This document shows, in pieces, positions 38,958 to 50,810 of a DNA stretch of 64,000 nucleotides (the stretch's first letter is position 1; every line of letters starts with the position of its first letter). The position numbers were made by a program, and so were the translations under genes. The notes below the pieces were generated by a model. It was not told where the DNA came from. It made no database searches and saw only the letters and a program-made list of their open reading frames with translations. The stretch is from Octopus vulgaris (lineage: Eukaryota), in assembly GCA_951406725.2 (NCBI GenBank), contig OX597815.1, positions 55,118,001 to 55,182,000 on the forward strand, written 5' to 3'.

Positions 38958-40373
38958 CATTAACTTTTTGGAAGAAAGCAAGTGAATGTGTATGACAACA
39001 CAGACAAATACGAGGAAACTGTGAAAATGGTACATGATTACAAATACAAACAAGAGAATAACGACAGGTGTCTTTCGACTAATGAGGACAAGTTAAGCTG
39101 GCATATGTAGCGAAAGCCTTGAGGCAAAAACATAGATGACAGTTCGGAGACAGGAAAATAGGGTATTGTACGGGCGTTGGTCAGGCCGAAAAAGAAAGAT
39201 CATGCTTGGCTAAAGCCCGGTCTCGTAGAAGGAACAGAGAGAGGTAGGGGCAGAGGGATTAAGGAATTAGGGAATGAACTAGAGGGAGAGAGAGGAAGGG
39301 ACATAGGAAAAGGTACAAGGGAGATAACGAAGAAAAGTGGAGAGATAAAATAGGAGAATGCTAAGAACTGTGAGAGGGGGAGTGAGAAAAAGAAAAGAGG
39401 AAGGAAGAAGAAAGTATAAGGGGGACTAAAAGAAGGAGACAAAGTCATACAGAATTTAGATACATACTTACAAGGTGAGCAAAAGGTGTACGTAAGGCAC
39501 CATATGTATATATAAGTATAAAAAAAAACAGAATAAGAATAACAGATGACAAATAAAAACATACGGACAGATAGACTATACACAGAAGGACAGGAAAAAC
39601 CAGGACAGATCATTCGTGGCCCTCTGTTCGAATTATCATTACAGTTTCGGCCTGTCACACTTGAGACTGTTCAAAATACGACAACACAGATAAAAAAAAA
39701 ACCCTATATAGACACACACACATGCACACATTCACATTCGCTTACATACACAGATGCTTGCTACCCAACTATATATTATACTGACTTTAGCAAACGACTT
39801 CTGTTACAACCTTGAGTCAACCAAAGCCTTTGAATATACTTGTTAGACGGAAGCTGAAAGAAGTCTGTGGTGTGTGTGTGTGTGTGCATGTATGTACGTG
39901 TGTGTATTTTTGCATTTGGGATCTTTTTTTTTCATCTGGAAAATATGCATTTTTTAAAAGACAATAAAAAATCAGAAAATTGGCTATAATAATAAAGTTT
40001 TCTAGTCTAATTGCTAAGAAGGTATGATGTTGTGGAGAAAAAAAATGGAAGTAAAAGTTACAGAGATTTAAAAATCGAAAAATTGTGTACTTTCAACCAA
40101 TAGTGAGAGAAATTTTCTGCGTTTAGCGGAGCGGTGTCAACTTTAAGGTTGTACCCTGTGAAATTTATAGTTTAGTGTCTGTGAAATGTCCTCTTCATTG
40201 TAGGTTTCTAAATAAACAGAAATACCTAATAAAATCATCTTACTGTTTCTTTTGTCTCTTCATTAATTGTATGTTTTTATTTGTTTTAATTTGTTACATT
40301 AATATGTCTGTATGCGTATTTTAGTATAGTATTATGTATACCTATCATGTATTTGTGTACATCATTAATATAT

Positions 40374-40437
<64 letters not shown>

Positions 40438-41992
40438 GTGTGCGTGAAATGGGGGCATCTGTCTCTAAAACTTCGAAGTTGAGTAATGTTTTCATGTTTA
40501 GATTTGTAAATTACAATAAGAATAACACTGGTCAACAAAGAATTTATCATAAGAAAAAGAATACTTGTATGTTTTTGCATGCAGAATTCAAAAATAACGT
40601 CAAATTATCCGTACTAAGTTCACATATTCTATTCACCTTCATAATGACAAAAAACTGTATAAACATCGCAAACAACTTTTGCTAAATATGAAAAATATAT
40701 AAAATATTATGACAATTGATGAAAAATATCTGTAGGTGCATTACCCCTTGACAGCAGGTAAACTAGCTGACTATACAAATATAGAGGGCATTACACAACA
40801 TTAAGGTTCAGATACATGGCCTCATCTCTTCCTCTTTTCTGCATGGACACGCAAACTATGAGGACGCAACTTGACTAGCTCTATCTTATGCCACAGGCTA
40901 GCTTGCAGAGAGGAGCGTAGCACAGAAAACCATGGCCTTTACATACTGACCATTCTATTTATCATTCCATTGTGTATATATGTGTGGCCACAATAAATGC
41001 GTTTAAGTTACAACCTTACATATGCCTTTCATCCAGATTTACTACCAGCGAGATTACAGCCTTCTGAGAATCATATTAAGTGGCTCAATAACAACCTGCA
41101 CCATCTAAATATCTATAATAAAATTCTAATTGATAAATATAAATTTTTATTAAAACAAAACATGCAGGTAAAGTAAATCTCATGTGAAGAATCAACATAT
41201 GAGGGTGAAACACAACAAAACCTGCAGTTGTCATGATAACAAGCTGTTAATACTTCGCTATTTGTTGATTGCTAAAATCACCCAAATTTCTCAACTTTAA
41301 TTCCAAATAGCATCAGATTCTTTAATTTACGAGATAAAGTAATTAGTCGTTATCAAAATTTACGAGATAAAGTATAGTCGTTATCAAAATTCAGAGTTGC
41401 ATTGATACACCAAAATTGAAAGCAATCTGAGCAAAATTAAAGGGGGCTCATTTTGCAAATGAGAAAGACTAGATCCTGCGTTTGTGAAGTGTTTATACTC
41501 TGCCGACACTTGACAGCTGTGTTGATATGGTTACGTCAAAGTAACTCAATGGTTCATCATTAGGAATGAGTGACTAAGTACCAGACTTTAAAAAAAAGTA
41601 TTGTAATTGATATTGTTTGACTATATTAAAGACAATTAAAGACAAAAAGATTCATATACATATATACATTTATAATTGTAACAACCAATACACACACACA
41701 CACGTACGTACATACATACATATGTATGTATATGTGTGTGTGATGATGATGTGTGTGCGTGTGTGTTTATATAAACATCATATATATAACCTATAATCTT
41801 TAAATTGTTTCAGCCGTAATACTGTAGTCATGCTGGTGTACCCCTGTTGTACGTGGGTGGGGTGTATTCTTGTGTTTGTGAAGTGTTTATGCTCCGCGAA
41901 CTCTTGACAACCTTGTCGGCATGTTACGTCGAAGTAACTTTGCAATTCGACAATAGGAATGATTGACTAAATACTAAACATTATATATATAT

Positions 41993-42332
41993 ATTAATAG
42001 TTATCGCCATACTAATATGGCAGTCTTATAAATATAAGACTAAAGCTGTCGGTGATTAGCTCCATGAATAAAGCCTTCGAACTGGGACGATCAGTAGCGA
42101 CACCTGCAAGTCTGACTACGCTGCATTGATAAGGGGCAACAACCCTGAAACATCTGTAGCTGTCTGACTGGCAAGATGAAGCGGCTGACCTCCCTTGTTC
42201 GAAGGTTTGTAATGGACGCAGGTTCGTGTGTCAAATAGCTAGCTTGAGGCGGTGGCCTCATGGAGCTAATCAGCGACAGCTTTAGTCTTATATTTATAAG
42301 ACTGCCATATTAGTATGGCGATAACTATTAAT
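41993..42332. repeat. Foldback element with 75-bp near-perfect inverted arms
   Basis: 41993-42067 vs 42258-42332 (one mismatch seen); each arm contains internal palindromes. Confidence 0.85.
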
Positions 42333-42822
42333 TTCCAGTAACGCTGCCGTAATCTCCTTTAGAGAGACTTAGTAATTTTAATATTTCTATTATATATATA
42401 TATATGTGTGTGTGTGTATACAATGAAAAAATATTGCAATACAAATCTATTACTTTCCAGTAAAATAAAGCCCCTTAAAGGTAGAAGTATAAATGTAAAT
42501 ACAGATGAGTGGTACAACAAGGCACCAATATTTACTGGATATTGATGCAGGTAGTTTATCTTGTCCCCTCCAACTTTTAGTTCATGCAATTGAAAAAACT
42601 GCATTATTTATGGGATGACTCAATATACATATATTTTTGTATCTGGAGAGAATCATTCTGTTTTAACACCAGTTCGATTTCCATTCATTTACATATTTAT
42701 TTTGTCTAAAATTTTCGTTGCTTCTTGCAACCTCTTCAATAGTCGTTGACTTTGTCTGTTATCAGAGCTGCATTTTTTTTGTTTGTGCAAATGTGTATGC
42801 ATCAGTGTGCATGTGTATTCAC

Positions 42823-42857
<35 letters not shown>

Positions 42858-42999
42858 TGTATGTATGTATGTATGTATGTATGTATGTATGTATGCTGTA
42901 AACTACGTTTATACTGTAGACTACATTTCTAGTTCTACAGTTAATGCCAGGGTTTATCTTACATACAATGCAGTTCTCATTGGTGCATATGATATTCTC

Positions 43000-44040
43000 A
43001 AAGGGGTATGTCCTGCATAATTGTGATCAGATAGAGCTTCCTGGCCTTTCAACGATCTTTCAACGAGTTTGGCCTCCTCCAGAGCTTTCCTAAATCTTCG
43101 GGCTAGTTCTCCATGGGCTGTGGCCTCATCTACAAACATCACTCCTTGATATTTGTCGGCCTTGTACCATGTGTTTTCCCTGTTTGCTTTGTCAAAGACT
43201 ATTCCAGTCTTTACTTCTGTATCTAGGGCAGGTACCACTGGTTTCATTACATATAATGCTAACTTCTTTCTAGCTCTGTATACCCGAACCCTATCTTTCT
43301 GGCCATATCCAGAGAATTGTATGCGATGCATGAAGTTCTGTACATGTTTCTTTGTTTCATATGTTCGCATAGCAGGGATATGTTGTTCATTATCGTAAGA
43401 ACCACATGGTTCCAGGTTCAGTTCCACTGCATGGCACCTTGGGCAAGTGTCTTCTACTATAGTCCCGGGCCGACCAAAGCCTTGTGAGTGGATTTGGTAG
43501 ATGGAAACTGAAAGATGCCCATCGTATATATACATATATATATATGTATGTGTGTGTGTATATGTTTGTGTGTCTGTGTTTGTCCCCCCAACATTGCTTG
43601 ACAACTGATGCTGGTGTGTTTACATCCCTGTAACTTAGCAGTTTGGCAAAAGAGACTGATAGAATAAGTACTAGGCTTACAAAGAATAAGTCATGGGGTC
43701 GATTTGCTCAGCTAAAGGCGGTGCTCCAGCATGGCCACAGTCAAATGACTGAAACAAGTCTAAGTCTGCTATTAGTATGTTGATTTTTATGTCATGTGAC
43801 AAAGCTGAGTTCTTATGAACAACATATTTCGAAGTTATGGCTTTCATGTAATAGGAGTGGAGGAGCTGGATATTGTTGTTCACAGTGTCAAGGACAGGGA
43901 GTTTATTGTTAGGATGCCTAGAGGGATAATCTATAGTTACTTTGATACTTTGGTGGATGGAGTTAGCTATGTGCTGGATGCTCTCCATTATGCTCCTCTC
44001 AGTTTCTACACTACAGTTATTAGAGTTTGTCTTAACTAGA
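43000..44040 (-). mobile_element. Penelope-like RT C-terminal fragments, interrupted by a SINE at ~43400-43757
   Basis: IKVTIDYPSRHPNNKLPVLD, HSYYMKAITSKYVVHKNSAL, FMHRIQFSGY; partial duplicate at 44466-44642. Confidence 0.7.
43400..43757 (+). mobile_element. SINE family B
   Basis: ACCACATGGTTCCAGGTTCAGTTCCACTG..GGTGCTCCAGCATGGCCACAGTCAAATGACTGAAAC. Confidence 0.85.
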
Positions 44041-44303
44041 ATATTAATGACATCTACATAGCTATATAAGGTATTAAAACAGAATGATTCTCCCCAGACA
44101 CAATAGAATTTGCTTCACCATATGAATTCACATAAAGAATCTCACAAACCAAACACATATATAGATATGTATGAGAGGAAATAAAAAGACTGAAAAAAAA
44201 ATAAGAGGAAGGTAAAAAAAAAGCAGAAAATATCAACCAGCAAAGAAAATGTAAATGGTTATATATCATTTTGAAATGTACTTCTTTGATGTGATGTACT
44301 TAC

Positions 44304-44411
44304 AATGTGCATAACATCTCCTGAAATTTCCCTGACAGCATTCACTGCGAAATCACACCATTCTGTATAAACCTCTTTCATTTTGTTTTTATCTTCTATA
44401 TTTGTAACAAC
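44304..44411 (-). CDS. FABP: FABP gene B, exon 3 (VVTNIEDKNKMKEVYTEWCDFAVNAVREISGDVMHI)
   Basis: ACAG acceptor and GTAAGT donor; 108 nt like gene A exon 3; shares NKMK..TEW..SGD with gene A. Confidence 0.92.
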
Positions 44412-45962
44412 CTGTGTTAATAAAAATAAACAAAATAATGCAACAAATATCACAATTATATGACATGTCCTGCATAATTGTGATCTGATGATGTTTCCTG
44501 GCTTTTCAACGATCTTAATGTTGAGTTTGGCCTCCTTCAGAGCTTTCCTTAAATCTTCAGGCTTTTTTGGTATGGGCTGTTGCCGCCTATACAAACATCA
44601 TTCCTTGATATTTGTCGGCCTTGTATCATGTGTTCACCCTGTTATATGAAACCTATAACTTTTAAATATGTACGTATGTATATTTACATATATTTACGCC
44701 TGTAACTGTGTGTGTGTGTGTGTGCGTGTGCATGTGTGTGTGTATTTCTATGTGTATATGAATGTGTGTGAATGTGTGTATGAATGTGTGTGTATGAATA
44801 TGTATGTGTATGCAATTACAAACATAAAATTACACAGATAAAGTTTTTGATAACAGTATATTTAAAATAAAATATTCTAATATGTATTCTGTCTCTACTG
44901 CGAACAGGGTAGCCATTCAAAATTAACATTCAAGAAGAGGAAGAAGAAAGGAAAAAGTTGGAATGATGATAATAATGTTACAGTACTGTAAAACAAGTAA
45001 AAGTATGGAATATGGAAATAACTAATGATAACCAATCAATGACTGACCCCAAATGCTCCATGTCAATCAACATGAATACAACATACTAACTGTCACAATA
45101 GAAAAAAGAAAAAATATGTGAAGCCTATAAAAGCTGGCAATTGAAAGTATTTCAGATAGTTTAAATGATGCATGTATATGTGTATGGAGTAGGCAAGTTT
45201 GGGATTACAGGGAGAGACCACAGACATTGTGATTGGTCGATGTCACAGGCTAGACTGAGTGGTTTGGAACACATGGACCAAGAAGTAGAACTTAGGAGAT
45301 GCTGAAGGTAGATCAAGAATTTGGTCAATGTAAAAGTAAGGAGTAATAAACTCCCGACGAGAAGGTGAAGTATAGAAATGCAGTCTGAACCAATGTGAAT
45401 TGATGTCATGGAGATGGCAAATGCATTTAGTGGAGCAACAATCAGCCAGTGAATTTATAGTTAGAGAGCAGATATGTTTGACAGAGTAGACTAAATATTT
45501 TATATTTTATTTTCTACTTCCTGGCTCTGAGCTTGAAAGTCTGTTAGGATGGTCTTTGACTTTTAGCTTTCTGTATTCTATACAAAATAAAAAGCTAGTA
45601 AAGTTGTAGCTGTTATTGTTGCTATTGTTATTGGTGAGGCAACAGAGTGACAGTCATGTTTAGTAGATTTAATTGGGCAGACTTCTATCAAAAGACATGA
45701 TCATCCCTTCTTTTTTATGAGTAATGTAGCTTCTGTCAAGATGGCAAGTTTGAAGGATATACCCATTGGTATTTTTGAACTCCTTTCTCTTTAATATGCT
45801 TTACCATTTAGCAACCTCTAATATATTATTATTCATGTCCCCAGGCCTTTTTAACAAAATTAAGAAACAAACCTGTTGTGTGGTAGGTGAAACTGTCCGA
45901 AAGAAGATGAGAAAAAAACGTTGAAAGAGTAAATCAACAATTTATTTGTTGATACAGTGCTT

Positions 45963-46240
45963 CATCATCATCATCATCATCGTTTAGCGTCCGCTTTCCA
46001 TGCTAGCATGGTTTGGACGGTTCAACTGGGGTCTGGGAAGCCAGAAGGCTGTACCAGGCCCAGTCTGATCTGGCAATGTTTCTACGGCTGGATGCCCTTC
46101 CTAACGCCAACCACTCCGTGAGTGTAGTGGGTGCTTTTTACATGCCACCGGCACAGGTGCCAGACGAGGCTGGCAAACGGCCACGATCGGATGGTGCTTT
46201 TTACATGCCACCAACACGAGGCCAGTCATGCCGGTGGCAC
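45963..46240 (-). mobile_element. Short interspersed repeat with (ATG)n tail, same family as 60215-60420
   Basis: Reverse complement of AAAAAGCACCCACTACACTC..GGTTGGCGTTAGGAAGGGCATCCAG..ATGCTAGCAT..GAAAGCGGACG(ATG)n. Confidence 0.8.
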
Positions 46241-47232
46241 AAAAATATATTGAAGCATGATGGCCCATTACATGTAAGAAAAAGATGAAAGCTCTTTTTA
46301 TAACATGTATTACATAATAAAATCAAAAGTATTTTTTCTGCAAAATAGACAGATCTTTACATAAAGATATGGAGAACATTATAAAAAAAATTAAACATAT
46401 TTTTGTATTTTCCCTTGATGTGATGAAGCATTGTTTAATACAAGCAATATATGCAAAAAATTTTTTTAAATGATAATATTCAGGGATTGTTCGAAACTAT
46501 ATTGACACCAACGTATTCAAGTGATTTGTATTGTTATGATGTAGCTCTTGTGATCCACACTACAATGATTATCCAGTAACTATGTATATGAGATCAAAAT
46601 CTGTCTGCTCAAAACTAAGCTTATCTTCTCCCTTTCTTACAATTTTACTGAACTAGTAACTAAATCATTTCTAATTTAGGCACCGAGACAGCAATTGTAG
46701 CAGAGAAGAAAGTCGATTACATCGACTCCAGTGCTCGACTGTTACTTACAAAAAGAAGAAAGACAAAGTCAACCTCAGTAGAATTGGAACTCAGAACATA
46801 AAGACAGACAAAATGCTGCTAAACACTTTGTCTGGCATGTTAACAATTCTGCCAGCTCGCTGTCCTAAACTGGTAGCTAAATGATATCGAATTATCTGCC
46901 TGCTCTTAACTAAACTTCCCCTTCTTTCTCTCTTGCAGTTGTAATTAGTTGGTATCCTAACCTCCATCAGTTCAGTTTCAAGCCTCTTCACTTTTGTGCA
47001 GTATATTCTGCCAACAAGCACACAAGAGTTAAAATTCAACATTTACATTAGAAATGCTTAAGTGTACCAAAACTGACTGACTTTTCAATGTTCCCTGTAA
47101 TAATTTCTTAAAAACACACTTTTGGTGGGGGGGGGGTGACACTAACTTCAATATATGCTGAGTTATTTGCTTTATAGGTACCAGATATTTGAAAGGCAAT
47201 GCCGACTGTGATAGGTTTTGATTTCAGGAAGT

Positions 47233-48184
47233 TATAGCATACACTCAAGTGAAATTCCTCGCTCCCCTTTATTATATATATATGTGCATTCAAACAAAAC
47301 AAGTAACAGCTAGCCTTTGGCCGCTATTTGGACCCTGTTGTGTCCACTACTCTGATTGGTTGGTATTGATGCAATTTGTCTCTTACTCTGTCACACCAAT
47401 TCTGCAGCATATCACCAATCGGAGTCTCTAAATAAAATCACGTGAGACAGCCTGTTCTCAAACCAGTTTTAAGCCTACAGTTCCTTATAAAAAAAATCTA
47501 GCTTTTCCTCATCTCGATGTCTTTGGTTTCAGACCTTCTAAGGTTTAGCCACTGACCACGCAAGACATGGCCAGTTCCAGCAACAACACAACAGCAGCTA
47601 TGTTGAGATTTACCAACTTTGTCCAACAGCATTACAGCAATCTCTTTCTTCGTCACCACCACCATCTTCTTAATGTTGTCAATATCATCTCTCTATGTAC
47701 ACAGCTCAACAAGCAACTTGCCCAGGTTACAACACTGCACTGTTCATGAATTACTTTACCATGGATCAATAGTGAATATATAACCTGGGAGAACTCCTGT
47801 ACCAAGTGACCCAGGCAGCAGCATTACAGCCATAATTTTATGTACGACATGTACTGCAACTGGCTCAGCTTCATGGCCACAACTTCTTGATACAGTACCG
47901 TGTACTGTGTACAATTGACTACAAACTGGTGTTCTTAATATCTGTGCCTGTACACACATACATTTTGTTTTCATGATGGCCTGTCTATTATTCTGTATAC
48001 ATGACGCACACACAAACACACATGTTAACATATCACTAAATCTTTTCTTAAACATTCTATTCAGTTGTGTCTCTATCCTTTTCCCTTCGGCACATTTATG
48101 TATTATTCCTTTTATATTTATTGTAAGGGCTGTGTGATGTACTAAAGACTCATTCTCCTCACCTCACATTGCAGGGTCCTTACA
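47233..48184 (+). mobile_element. Solo LTR in FABP-B intron 2, same family as 11182-12183
   Basis: TATAGCATA start (TG mutated to TA) .. CCTTACA end; 4-bp TSD AAGT; shared CCAAT/TATAAA/AGACCTTCTAAGGT block. Confidence 0.7.
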
Positions 48185-49290
48185 AAGTAAAACAATCATA
48201 AATTCTATAAACGTTTCATTTTTATGTAGAGTAAAACCAGGAGTTCTTGTTGGGAAGTAACTCCAATTATAACCGAGTAGATAGTCGAATGACAGGATGA
48301 CTACCTAGATCGAATGCAGAGCATTTAGTTTCACATGTTATGCAAATCAGCTTACATTAAAGGATATCAAAAAATGCATGAACAATGAATACGAATATTC
48401 GAAGGACTTACTATGTCCTTATTGTAGTCAACAGAAACTAATATAGTATCAAAAAGTTTTTCCCAACAGTATTTTATTTTTATTTATTTTTTTTTGTAAT
48501 TGTACAATTTTTATCTGCTTTGTACTGTTGACTTTATCTGAATGTTTTGACATTGAAAGTAATGTCTGGTAAAGCATTGATTGAGAGGGTCTCACAGAAA
48601 GTATCAATCTTCAGGATTTTGTAATTGAAGGGAAGATACATCTGGATTATTTCACTTCATATTCATAGAAACGATAAATTTAGGCTCAGCATTTAAAGTT
48701 AAATAAGAGAAGTTATTTAATGAATGCGGAACTTAAATACACAGTGAAACAACATCTGCAGTGAATTTAATTCCAAAATCTACGTGTCAAAACACTAATA
48801 ACTATTTACTCAGCCATATCGTATTTTAGTGAGTGTTGTGAGCCGATCCACTAGCAATAGCTTCCAAATCACTTTCAAACAGCATCATTATCAAGGAACT
48901 TCGGCCAATGAAAGAACCTCTGTATGATCTCTCAATCTGAGTGCAATAGCAGCCCACCCTCTTCCTAGTAAAATTCGTAATTGAAAAGATAAATTAAGGG
49001 AAGGCGAAGATAAATCTATGTCCAAAAAATAAAAGGTGGATTAACCAACACTAGAATGTCAGTTGATCAATAGAAAATTTAAACTCCAATCCAACAAATA
49101 AATGTACCAGACATTAATAAGACAATCATAAATATGATAATCATCAATAAGACAAAAGTATAAAAAATATTACTGTATTGAATGTGTAAGTTGCATCCTC
49201 ATGTTCAACTGGGTATTAACATGTCATAGTCTACTTGCTCAAAAGCTGACTGAGTTAATTAATACATCATCATGAATAGAACAATACTAC

Positions 49291-49466
49291 CTTGAATTTA
49301 TGTCCATGCAAGTCCTCTGCATCCACTGGGACACCAAGTTCAAATAAATAACTTTGTGACACTTTTGTCTTCTTGTCAGTAGCTACATGTTTCCACTTTG
49401 AACCAGAAGGGAGGTATTCTATAATTGATGTTGTTTTCATTTTCTTTTTTCGCTCTTCACTGATTC
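49291..49466 (-). CDS. FABP: FABP gene B, exon 2 (GISEERKKKMKTTSIIEYLPSGSKWKHVATDKKTKVSQSYLFELGVPVDAEDLHGHKFK)
   Basis: TTTATAG acceptor and AAG/GTAGT donor; 176 nt, phase 1 to 0; FELGVP..D.HG.K FABP motif. Confidence 0.92.
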
Positions 49467-49539
49467 CTATAAAGAAAAACAACTAAGTTTACAAATTTAT
49501 TACATGATCATATACTTTGCTAATCCAAACCATCCTTCA

Positions 49540-50810
49540 TTCATAAACCACAGCTTCAATATGATAAATTGGAACCTAAGTAGAAAAACCAGAAAACTAT
49601 AACAGCATAGCAAAGCCACCATCCCAAATCGGAAACCAACAGAATATACTTACTTTGCACACAAGGATAGAATAGCCTGACACAAATAGAAAGCTTCTAC
49701 TACAAAATGGCAGTTGGACTGGACAAACGCTCAGAAATAAAGAATGGAAAACTGTATAAAGGAACATGAAAAAACTCTTCTCTATATGCAAGATAGTTAT
49801 AAAATACAAAGCAAAACAGAAGCTGGCTACACTAGTACAATGATTTTAGATAATAACACAACAGAAATGGTATAATATACAAAAATAACATGCAAACAAA
49901 ATTACAAAGCATACTTAAGAAGAAATAGGGAGAAAAACCACTCCATGGTTAATAACCCATAAGATTCGATAGGGAACAAGTGAGCCAAAGTGAAGGTCAA
50001 CAACAGCTCTAAAGACTAAAAACAGAAACGGAGGGACTGATACTTTCTGCACAAGAACAATGTCAGGCTACAAACAACTACAAAAATATAATCATTGAAA
50101 TGGATCCTAACACCAAATGTAGAATGTGCCACTAGTTACAATTAGACAGTTGATATCATCTTTGATTACCTAGTCCTAGCCAAATTTGAATGTATACACA
50201 AGCATGATCGAGCTGGCAGCTATATTCACTGGGCAATATGCCACCATTTCAATGTCAAAACAATTAAGAAATGTTACAAACATGTACTGAATGCAGTACA
50301 TGACAATGACCTGGCCACAGTAATCTGGGATCATATCTCCTATCCAAACTGGCAAAGTGATCAAAGCAAACTGTCCAAACATAATAAGAGACTGGTAAAC
50401 AAACACATGCACACTGATAGACATCACAATCTCTTCTGATGAAAATATGGTCCGAAAAGTAAAGGAAAAACTACCAAAATACAGTGGGATATGGAATTGA
50501 AATATTCAAGGTGTAGGGCATGAGGGTGAAAACAATACTACAAGTAACTGGAGCATTAGGCGTGATTACAAAGTTGAGACCAAATAAAATAACACAGCTC
50601 ACATTACACAGATCACACACTAATGTAGCAAAAAAACAAGAAGCTAAACCCCATAACAAAACAAACTGGTGCTGTACAGCAACATAAGGAGTCTACATTC
50701 TTCCAGTTCCCACAAAAATAAGAGCACAATTCTGCACATACCTCAGGAACATAGAGGTGCATCAGGTAATGCAGGAGAAACTTGCATGAACCTACCAATG
50801 AAAAACTTTG
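49540..50810 (+). mobile_element. Heavily degraded R4/Dong-type LINE 3' fragment
   Basis: Similar to 7100-8350: HHPK, KPLHG, ETEGLILSAQEQ, KCRMC, YIHW, IDI and VTGALG remnants. Confidence 0.7.

Noticed and set aside
40172-40210. Minus-strand KPTMKRTFHRH* as a candidate gene B exon 4
   Set aside because: Too short and lies in transposon-like sequence; 37709-37762 fits far better
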